This document shows, piece by piece, positions 50,691 to 60,778 of a stretch of DNA of 64,000 nt (position 1 is the stretch's first letter; the number at the start of each line of letters is the position of its first letter). This stretch comes from Psammoneis japonica (lineage: Eukaryota): assembly GCA_008632985.1 (NCBI GenBank), contig QPGO01000113.1:2947-66946 (forward strand). Reading direction: 5' to 3'. The notes below the pieces were generated by a model that was not told the origin of the DNA, did no database searches, and saw only the letters and a program-made list of their open reading frames with translations. A program made the position numbers and the translations under genes.

Positions 50691-53064
50691 ATGGAAGATC
50701 GAGAATCATCACTGACGGACTTTCGAGAAATTCTGTCTCAACCCGAAGACACCTTGTTGTCGCTTCTTCGTCCTGAGCAAAATGTTTCTGCCAAGGAAAT
50801 TAAAAATCAGTTGCGTGAAACCTGTCGACATCTCTTTCTGGAAGTGGAACAACTTTCCAAGGCACATCATGCATTGAGAAATAATACTGCGAAAGGCGAT
50901 GAACCACCAGAGTCGTCCCTCTCTGGCTTGGACCAGTTGTACACTGGGACGGAAGAGCAGCCCGTGGACGCAGAGACACTGTGGGGTCAGATCGAGATAC
51001 AGAATACAGCGTTACAACCGCTTTTAAAAAAGTCGCTGAAACGTGTAATCAAAGCCATGGATGGAGAAAGAGGTGACGAGGTGCGCCTGTTGGACCTTGG
51101 CGGCGTCTTGAGCGACGACGAGGAGTCAGAAAAAGAAGGAGAAGAAGAAGACGTGGGCGCGAATGGAACTGAGCCGTCGTCCGAAGAACAAGATGACAAC
51201 GACGACGACGCGGACGAAGAAACATTGCGTATGCGCAAAAGGATGGAACGAGCAATGGCTGACATGGCTGACAGCGATGCTTCCGATATTGACCAGGCAC
51301 AAAAGAAAGATGAGGAGGAAAACGAAACCGAGGAGGAATCGTTGGTTGACCCCGCCGCCGAAGAATTGAACAATGGGTTCTTTGATATAAATGAAATGGA
51401 GGCCTTTGCAGATGAAGAGGAGGATTATTTGCCCGAGGAAGCGTTTGGAACTCCCCGGCCTGAAGATACCCGCAAGAAGGAAAAGAAGTCGTTTCATCAA
51501 CGACAACGTGAAGGTGATATTGGATCATCAAGCGATGAGTCTGACGAAGAGGAAGAAGTAATCTTTGGTGAAGCCGAGGGACAGCCTCATATTCGCAGGC
51601 GAAAGTATCGAGATGACGACGAAATCAAACAATTGTATAAAATGTATGAGACTCCCGACGGTGAGGGGGAGGAGGACGAGGGTGACGACGCGATCAATAT
51701 GACTGCGGCAGACTTTTTTGGCATGCCCAATAAGAAGTACTTTCACAAATGGAAAACAGGAAATAGCGAGTCTCTGAATCAAAACCCGGAACATTATGGA
51801 GATGAAGATGACAATGATTCTTGGGATGACCACGATTTTGGACAAAGTGACGACAAATCTGGCGGATGGCGCAATACAAGTAAAATTCAAGACGACCACG
51901 ACGAAGGGGATGAAAGTGACAAACCTGATGAAACCCTGGATGGTGACGAGGGCGAACTTTCAAAGCGAAAACAAACCAAAAGGCTAGATAAGCTACTTCA
52001 GCAAACAGAACAACTGGAAAAGGATATGCTTGCCGAAAAACCGTGGCAGATGACTGGTGAAACAAAATCCACATCGCGACCAGTCAACTCTTTGCTTGAA
52101 GCAACACCGGAATTTGAAGTTGCCACTAAAATGGCCCCCATTATCACAGTTGAACACACGACCAATCTGGAAGAAGTGATTAAGCGCCGCATTCTTAACG
52201 AAGACTGGGACGACGTTATCCCTCGAGAACTACCCGACATTGGGTGGCACAAGAATCGGTCCGAAGCACCTGAAGTGAGTCAAGAAAAATCAAAGCTAGG
52301 TCTAGGTGAACTGTACGAACGGGAGTATTTGAAGAAAGCAGTTGGGTATGATGTAGAGGCTGTTGAGAAACAAACAGAAGAAGAAAAGGCTAAGAATGAG
52401 ATGAAGGCGCTGTTTGCCAATTTGTGCAGCAAATTGGATGCTTTGTCGAATTACCACTTTGCTCCGCGACCAATCTCCAGCGAGACTGAGGTTAGACCGG
52501 TTTCTACGCCAGCCATCGCAATGGAAGAGGTCCTGCCGTTGCACGTCAGTGATGCAAGGGGTGTAGCCCCGGAAGAGGTGTACGGGAAAAAGAGAGGTCG
52601 CGACGGAGTCCTTCGCGGGGAAACAGAGCTGGACCAGGTATGCTTTGATATTGTGGTTCGCATTCATTGTAATTACTCCGTATTCTTATTCTATCTCTGC
52701 ATCCTGTCTTTGCTTGTGTCACCAGGCGGAACGCAAGAGACTCCGCGGCGCTAAGAAGACAGCCCGAAGAAAGAAACGAAAGGAGAAGCTTGCGGACGAG
52801 AAGCTCATTTCACGGTTGGAACCCGGCCTTGGCCTCAACAATCCTTACGAAAAGAGAAAGCATCGAGAAGAAATGGCTATTGCACGGGCTCAGGACAAGG
52901 TCACCACTGGCAAGATGGATGCCAATGCCGACTATGGCGCAAGTGGCAAATTCTTCAAACGGATGCAGGAGCAAGTGGAGCAAACAGTGAAAGGGGAAGG
53001 CCCTTCCGATAAGATAACGAAGCCGCAAAAACATGGCAAAAAATCCAGTTCATTTAAGCTCTAG
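50691..53064 (+). CDS. MPP10: U3 snoRNP protein Mpp10; intron 52638-52725
   Basis: Acidic middle region; KPWQMTGE, RPVNSLLE, SQEKSKLGLGELYEREY, KLDALSNYHFAP, PAIAMEEVLP; ends SSSFKL. Confidence 0.95.
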
Positions 53065-53114
53065 CCTCCTTAGTACTAGTTAAAGTTTCTTCCCTTACGC
53101 CTTCGCCGAGCACT

Positions 53115-53999
53115 TCAATAAAGCTTCTTTCTGCGCAACAGAAAATTCTCTTGTTTCTGAATTTCAAGTAGCAAATCGATTTCATCGAGGACAATCTCGC
53201 GAATGAAGAAGTCGAGTATTTTGGGTGTTGGTGATGGATCACGAGGAACATAATAGGAAAAGCCAGCAAAAGATCGTTTCTCTAGGTCACCAGCGCGGGC
53301 CTTTATGAACTTTCGGTAATCACGATCGCTTTCTGTTGATTTCGATCCTTGATTCTCGTGTTGCGTTACATCCAGTACATATTGACGATGAAAAGCATAG
53401 ACTTTTTCCTCTTCAACTTGAGTGATACCCACAGGCCTGGCAGCATTTAGCGTTTTTGCTTTTCCTTTCAGCTTTTCCTTTGGCGAGCTAGAATTTACAG
53501 CAAGCACGCCATTTTTCAACGTTCGGTCCAGATACAGATCAAACGGCGAATAGAGGTGGCGCTTTGACCACCAGAGAATCAAATGATCACGAAACGTCCC
53601 GCCACAAAACATGCATCTATCTGGACTATGCGCACTGGGTGGATACAACAGCTTCAGGATAGACCCAGGTTCAATTCTAACAAACCTGCGCCCCCCTCGT
53701 CCTTCGTATATCTTATCTCTCATCAGATAATGACATAAGTGGTATTTCGCAGCCGACAACGCATCCCACACAAATACACCGCAAGCTCGTCGATTGGAAG
53801 CGATACTTGAAATCGCTGTGACAGTTTTCTGATCTTGCTTTGACACTGTTTGAGTAATCTTTTCAGCAAGCTTGAGAGGTTCCCATCGAGGCCTTCTCGG
53901 CCATGATTGGCTTGGTTTTTCTAGGGTTGCACCCCGCACTCCTTCGATTGAGAAGAAAATGACTTTTGCTAGTATGAACAACGCCGCAAACCCTTTCAT
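53115..53999 (-). CDS. Hypothetical protein with signal peptide (294 aa)
   Basis: Intact ORF of normal composition (Tyr present) with a hydrophobic N-terminus; no family recognised. Confidence 0.65.
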   Translation of the reverse strand: MKGFAALFILAKVIFFSIEGVRGATLEKPSQSWPRRPRWEPLKLAEKITQTVSKQDQKTVTAISSIASNRRACGVFVWDALSAAKYHLCHYLMRDKIYEGRGGRRFVRIEPGSILKLLYPPSAHSPDRCMFCGGTFRDHLILWWSKRHLYSPFDLYLDRTLKNGVLAVNSSSPKEKLKGKAKTLNAARPVGITQVEEEKVYAFHRQYVLDVTQHENQGSKSTESDRDYRKFIKARAGDLEKRSFAGFSYYVPRDPSPTPKILDFFIREIVLDEIDLLLEIQKQENFLLRRKKLY

Positions 54000-54120
54000 T
54001 GTCTAAAAATCAAGTGCGCGGTAGTGAGCACCATCGTCATCGCTGCCGCAAGGTGCGAGGTGCGCGCCAAGCTAAATTCCGCGCCATACTGTAGGAAGTC
54101 ATGGGATCCACGGTGACATG

Positions 54121-54294
54121 TGCAGTAACTCACTCGCACGCTTCTGACATAGTATATTAATTTTGGATATTAGATTAACGTAGCCGTTTGAGAGGGCTCG
54201 CCAGCACTCGCCAGCGCTCGCTGACGCTTAGGCTCTCCCTCTCTTCGGTCTACTCACTTCTTTGTTTTGACATCAACCTCAGCTTGAGCTTGCA
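54121..54294 (+). repeat. 5' LTR (174 bp, TA mostly retained)
   Basis: TGCAGTAACT...GAGCTTGCA; collinear with 59409-59592. Confidence 0.95.
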
Positions 54295-54505
54295 CTGTAA
54301 TTACAGTCGATTGTAAAGAGCTGAATGAGAAATAACGACACAATTAACAGGCTTGCGAAACAAGAGAAAAGAACTTTGAGAGCGAAGGCAGCGAGTTGGG
54401 CTTTGGAACAAAAACGAGAAAAGGAGACACGAAAACAACGCGAACAGGATTTGGTGATTCGGGTGGCAAAACTCAAATCGAAGGTAGAGCACTTGAAACA
54501 GTTTC

Positions 54506-55741
54506 TTGGTGGACCAACTTGGCCTGATGAGCAATCGCGAGAGCCTTGGGGAACCGTGCATTTTGCATGCTGCGAAATTTGCTCACTCGGGTTTGGAGCT
54601 CGCAAAATTGACTCAATCGCATGACGATGGAAGCACGCGTACGAAAAAGTGCCCTTGTTTTGACGGAAGCAATGGAATTGAAGTGTTGTTGTTTGTGGAA
54701 GATCGTTTTCGTAAACTGGCTGCAAAACTCGAGTTCACTGCAGGAGAAGAATCATTTGACAATTTTGAAGAAGCACTGACGGACACAGCTGAAGACAAAT
54801 GGTCCAATCTCACCATGGCGATTCCAGATGCGCAGAAAACGGCAGCTCGTTTCGACCAAGAGTTGGCTCGTTTTTATTTGTCACATTGTGAAACTGAAGC
54901 TCATGACACGATGATTGAATGCTTGCTTGCTCTTAAAAAGCCGCGCGACGTTGAAGCACAGGCACACGCAGATCGAATGGAAACTTTGGCACGACACACA
55001 AACAAGTTGCCGGGAAATAATCCAGTTGTCACTCAGAACCAAAAGAAGAAGATGATTTTTGACAGCTTCCCTCTGTCGTGGCGCAAGATGCACACAAGAG
55101 CAGGACGCACGATTGGAAATGACACGCTGGCGGAAATGGTCACGCACATGAGCACGGAGAAATCGTTTGCGGACAGGAACAAGAAGACGTCGAAAAAGTG
55201 CAAAGATGGACAGAACAAAGGCAGCTCGAACAAGAAGAAAGGCAATCGCATTGACCCAGAGCCCCAATGTCCATTGCACACTCACAATCACAAGTGGAAA
55301 GATTGCGCCATGAATCCCGACTCCAACAACTGCCGTCCAAGAACTGATCGCGGCGGTCATGGATGCAGTGGCCGTGGTGGTCGAGGTGGCGGTCGCGGTG
55401 GAGGTCGTGGTTGTGGCGGAAATCAAGGTCGTGGTTGGCAAGGCCGTGGATGTCAAGGTCGTGGTGGTGGCCGAGGAAATTGTGGCGGTCGAGGAAACCA
55501 CAACTCTGGCGGCAACAGCGGCGAGCATCATGAAGATGGTGGCTCCCACACGCAATGTCAAAACAACACCCGAGCCAGTGCAGATGGTGGCGGTTGCCGC
55601 AATCCGGCCAGAATGGCTCCTCCCAATGATTGGTCTGCTGAAAGCCATCATCTTGATTCCACAGGAGGGCCTCGTGAGTGTCGAGGTGGAGCGGGAAGTT
55701 TTCGACCTGGTGGTCGCTTCTCGGGACGCGGTCGACACTGA
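54506..55741 (+). pseudogene. Gypsy gag with CxxH-H-W-C knuckle and RGG-rich tail
   Basis: Long open frame; CPLHTHNHKWKDC; GRGGRGG repeats; true start uncertain. Confidence 0.8.
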
Positions 55742-55792
55742 CCCAATGAGCTTGAAGAGCTGTCGTCCGAGTGTGTCGCTCCTGATTCCCAC

Positions 55793-58700
55793 ATGTTTGA
55801 TGATTGCACTGATTGCATTGATGATTGTCGTGCACATGCTGCTGATTTGTTTGATGATGACGATTTCGAAAATCACACCATGAATGACGAAGACGATGTG
55901 GGACTTGAGTGCGCTGTGCCAACCCCAAAAACAAAACCAACCAAACCTTTGAATGTGGTCCCTGCAACCTCATTCACGGCGTGATTCATTCAAGACAAGG
56001 AAAGCAAGCGCGTGATGCGGGTGTTGCTCGACTCTGGTGGAACCCATTCAATGATTCATGCTCGGGTGTTGCCAGTTGGAGCGGCGCCAGCATTGGAGGA
56101 CACAGGACCAATTGTTGCGAAGTTTCAGACGTTGGTGGGAGAACTCAAATCTGCTCGTTACGTTCGACTGCGGGATGTGGTGCTCCCTGAATTTGACAAG
56201 ACCAAACATGTTGATGGCATGCATGTGCATGTGTTTGACTCACCTTGCCTGCACGATGTGATCCTTGGACAGGACTTCTTGGCGAGAGCAGGCATCACGT
56301 CAGATTTCGAACACGGAATTGTCAAGTGGCTCGATTCAAGCACATTGCAATGAAACCAAGAAACCATCGGATTGGCATCCAGCAGTGGCTTGACGACTTG
56401 ACTGATGAGCCAGCTGACGATGATGATGCATGGGACAGCTGCATCCTCGATGCAAAGCATGAGGAGACGTCCCCTTCTGAAGTGGCATTGGCTCAGAAGC
56501 ATCTCACTGCCGAACAACAAGAAAAATTGTGCCTCGCATTGGAAAAACACACTGCTCTTTTTGGTGGCACTCTCGGCAAGCATGCTGGCGAAAAATTTCA
56601 CCTTGATGTTGATCCCAACGCTGTTCCTTGCCATTCTCGAGCGTGTGCAGCACCGCACAATGATCTCGAGACTTTCAAACAAGAACTGGATCATTTGGTG
56701 GCTCTTGGCGTTCTTGAAGAAGCCGGAACAATGGAGTGGGCTGCTGGTGCTTTCATTCGGCCAAAGAAGGATGGTCGAGTGCGGTGGCTCAGCGATTTTC
56801 GGGAACTCAACAAAGCACTCAAGCGCAAGGTTTGTCCTTTGCCGATCATTCAAGATGTGCTGCAGAAGAGAGCCGGGTGCAAGTTTTTGACCAAATTGGA
56901 CCTCTCAATGATGTGCCGTGCACTCGAATTGGATGACGATTCCAAGGACTTGACGACAATCGTGACGCCCTTTGGAAAGTGCCGATGCTGCCATTCAGCA
57001 ATGGGTCTGAAGCCGGCTCCAGACATTGCACAATGTTTGATTGAGAAAACTGTGCACGACTTGGATGTTGACGCGTGTGTTGATGATCTCGCTCAATTTG
57101 ATGATGACTTTGACATTCACCTTGACCGCCTTGATGAACTCTCACAACGCTTGGAAGAAGCTGGGTTCAAAGTAAATCCCTTGAAATGCGAATGGTGGGT
57201 GCAGGAAACGGATTTCCTTGGGCACCGGCTAACTCCGACTGGAATTCATCCGTGGAAGAAAAAGGTGGAGGCTGTCCTGTGAATGCAACCTCCGGAAAAC
57301 ATCAAGCAGCTTCGTTCGTTCCTTGGCGCTGCAACGCATTGTCGCAAAATGTGGCCTTGGCGTTCTCACCCATTGAAACCCTTGACAGATCTTACAGGCA
57401 AAGGCTCATGGACATGGACAATGGAATGTCAGGCGGCGTTCGATGAGATGAAAGCAGTCCTGGCGGCTGAAACATCAACGGCACATCCGAATCACAACAA
57501 ACCCTTCCATGTCTGCACCGATGCAAGTGATCACCAGATCGGTGCAGTGATTGTGCAGGATGGAAAGCCCATTGCATGCTGGTCTCAAAAGCTCAATGCG
57601 GCACAACAAAACCATTTGACGATCGAAAAAGAACTGTTGGCCATTGTCATGTGCTTCCGAGAATGCCGATCGATGCTCCTTGGCGGCGACTTGCATGCAT
57701 TCACTGACCACAAGAACCTCACCTTTCGCACCTTGAATTCACAGCGCGCACTTCGTTGGCGACTCCTTCTGGAAGACTTTTCTCCTCAGTTTCATTGCAT
57801 TGAAGGCCGATTGAATGTCTTGGCTGATTGTTTTTCTTGTTTACCTCGCATGGATCCTCCCTCTGAAGGGAAGAGCTTGGCTCCGGGCAAAGGAACTGTT
57901 GTTGATTTTGCTCCGCTCGATTCGAAGTTGGTGCCGAGTGAGGAACCATCCGAAGTCGAGGATTTCCGCAATGAGGACTTGGAGCTCGGCGCATGCCGAT
58001 TTAAGTGTTGTCGCAACATTGAAAATGAAGGCCACTCACACTTCTTCTCTTTCTTTGTGGATGAGCCGGAGCTGTTCGATTCTTTCTTGAATTGCCCTGT
58101 GATGCAAGAGATGCAGAATCCGATGACGTTGCAATGCATTCAGGAGCACCAGTTCGAGGACCGACAGTTGAACCAGATGCGCGCTGCTCACCCTGATCGT
58201 TCCCTCGTGGAACATGTGAACAATTGACCACTTGTGTGTTGTTGCATGCGACCGAATGATCCTCCAGGACAGTGGAAAATCTGTTTGCCGACTGCGCTCA
58301 TGCCCGACATCTTGCGGTGGTGTCATCTCGTCCTTGGCCATGCCGGAAGCCAGCGCATGCGTGAAACGATCCAGGCTCATTGTTGTCATCCTGGGTTGCA
58401 TTGCATGTGTGATGAATGCTCTTGTGCTGGTTGCCAATGCAACAAAACTTTGGGTCCTGGCTGTGGAGAGTTGCCCGAGCGAGAAGCTCCATTGACTCCC
58501 TGGTCGGAAGTGGCGGTTGACCTCATTGGCCCATGGAAAATCAAAGCACCGAATGGAGAGATTGAGTTTCGGGCATTGACCTGCATTGATCCTGTCTCCA
58601 ATCTTGTTGAACTTGTGAGAATTGAAAATGAAACTACCCGACATGTTGCCAACCAATTTGAAAACTGCTGGCTTGCATGCTGTCCCAGACCGAATCGATG

Positions 58701-59286
58701 CATCCACGACAATGGCGGCGAGTTCACCGGGTGCGATTTTCAGATGCTGTTGCAACAAGCCAGAATTGATGATGTGCCGACTGCTTCATGCAACCCTCAA
58801 GCCAGCGCCATTTGCAAATGAATGCACCAGACCGTCGGCAATGTGTTGCGCATGCTCATTGCTTCTAACCCACCTCAAAATCTTCAAGATGCAGCTGGCC
58901 TCGTGGACGATGCTTTGGCAACTGCAATGCATGCAACTCGCTGTGCTGTTTCCCGTTCTTTACAGACTTCGCCAGGTGCTGTGGTGTTCGGATGTGACAT
59001 GATCCTAGATGTCCCTGTGCTGGCAGACTTGTTGACGATCCAAGGCCATCGCCAGACGCTGATCAACAACAGTTTGTGAAGAGCCAATGCCAAGAGAAGA
59101 TCCTGCGATTGTCAAGTGGGTGATCAAGTTCTGATCAAGTCGGTTGACCCGTCCAGACTCGAGCCTCATGCTCATGGCCCTCATCCCATTGTTCAAGTGC
59201 ATGTGAGTGGCGCGCTTTCGCTTCGTCGAGCTCCTCATGTGGTTGAGCGCCTCAACATTTGGCACCTGATTCCTTTTCGTGGTTGA
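55793..59286 (+). pseudogene. Gypsy pol (PR-RT-RH-IN) with frameshifts, TGA stops and Tyr->Cys/His substitutions
   Basis: VLLDSGGT; FLTKLDLSMMC; PFGKCRCC; ACVDDL; VCTDASDHQIG; NHLTIEKELLA; EVAVDLIGPW; HDNGGEF. Confidence 0.92.
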
Positions 59287-59408
59287 TCAGGGGGTTTTCT
59301 TCCCAACACCTGGGTTTCCTCCTGCCATTGTGATTTCTTTGGGTTTTTGTCCCTGGTTTTGGCCCTTTGCATGATCCTCTGGTTCTTTCGGATCATGGAA
59401 GGGAAGAG

Positions 59409-59592
59409 TGCAGCAACTCACTCGCACGCTTCTGATGTGTGGTGTCAATTTTCGACATTGGATTAACACAGCCGTTTGAGAGGGCTCGCCAGCACTCGCC
59501 AGCACTCGCCAGCGCTCGCTGACGCTTGGGCTCTCCCTCTCTTCGGCCCACTCACTTCTTTGTTTTGACATCAACCTCAACTTGAGCTTGCA
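59409..59592 (+). repeat. 3' LTR (184 bp, TA-erased, one extra AGCACTCGCC unit)
   Basis: Follows the PPT; followed by the TSD. Confidence 0.95.
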
Positions 59593-60778
59593 ACATGGCG
59601 AGGAGCGAGAAGTGCTGGGCTTTGTGCCATGTCACCTTTTGATCAAGCTCTGATGGTGGAGAACATTGACATGAAAGGGAACAACATCCACACAGCTGCG
59701 ACACACATGGCTTGGGGGTGACACCATCAGAGCGCAGAGGGCCCACCACTGAAAAGCCAGGGAGGGGGCCAGATCACGGGGCCTGCTGCTGGCGACGATG
59801 CAGCACGGTGATCTGCTGAGCTGCTGTCATCCTCAGCCACAGGATTGGCCTGCAGCTGGGGATGCACATTTTTGTGAGATTTTGTCAGGAACTCGGAGCC
59901 CACCAAATCATGAACATGTGAGGGCAGCTCCCAACAAGCCGGAGCTTGCTGCCAGCATTGTGCTGTTCTTTTGCTGTCTTCTCTTGCACTGAGTGGGCCA
60001 GCTGGTGGTGCAAACAATTGCTTGTGTCCACTCAAGAAAACAGCAGCTCTCTCCGCCTGTTGTCACATCTCCAACATCTTGCTGGTCCCAAGACCACTCA
60101 TTCTTTGACTTGCCGCCACATGTGAAAGCTTCCTTGACATGGTTGCAGGCAACAAGTGCAGTTGAAGATTGTCACATTGTGGTTGTGCACAATCTGTGGT
60201 GCAACAAGCATGAGAGAGGGGTGGCACAAAGTGCGGGGGATGATGGCTTGCCTCAGCAAGGTCTGTGCTCCTGGCGCTGACATCAAGCACAACTTGGTCT
60301 GAGCCATCAGGCAACATCTCTTCTGTCAGAAGCCATGGTGCTGTTTTGGCAACCCAACATGCTCTCCAATGTGACTGATGCATTTCCAAGCAGCCCCTGC
60401 ACCAACACGACACACACACAGCCCCCTTTTTCGCAGCAGACAGTTGCAACATCAACAAAGGTGATGTGCCACAACATTGTTGAAGCTGTCTCGAGGAAAT
60501 GTGTTGTTCATCTCAAAATGCTGATTTCAGATGTGTGGTGGGTTGGGGGATGCTGGCCTCATTGCCTGTTGTGGCTTGCACGTGAAAGAGCAGCGTCTCG
60601 TTGTTTGCAGCCGATGGGGGCTTGTTTCTGACAAGCTCGCACCAGTGTGCTTGTCAAGTGGAACCTGCCAATCCAAAACAGTGGAAAAATGAGACTGCTT
60701 GCTGACAGACCTGGCCAACAGCTCCACCCACATTCCCGCCACCATCTCAGATGCCGAGTTTCTCAAGAGGTCCCCTTG

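Larger units (their letters stand above)
54121..59592 (+). mobile_element. Full-length Ty3/gypsy LTR retrotransposon, inactivated by TpA hypermutation
   Basis: LTRs 54121-54294 and 59409-59592 (TG...CA); TSD ACATG at 54116-54120 and 59593-59597; PPT 59394-59408; domain order gag, PR (LLDSGG), RT, RNase H, IN. Confidence 0.97.

Noticed and set aside
55793..59286. Alternative genetic code or recoding explaining Cys/His at Tyr positions
   Set aside because: Neighbouring genes use TAY normally, and the same changes occur in non-coding LTRs.
54121..59592. Classical fungal RIP or plain CpG decay as the cause
   Set aside because: RIP raises TpA. CpG decay does not remove TA, and CG is largely retained in this element.
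54121..59592. ADAR-type editing of the retroelement RNA
   Set aside because: It would give only A->G on the sense strand and identical LTRs; here T->C is also common and the LTRs differ.
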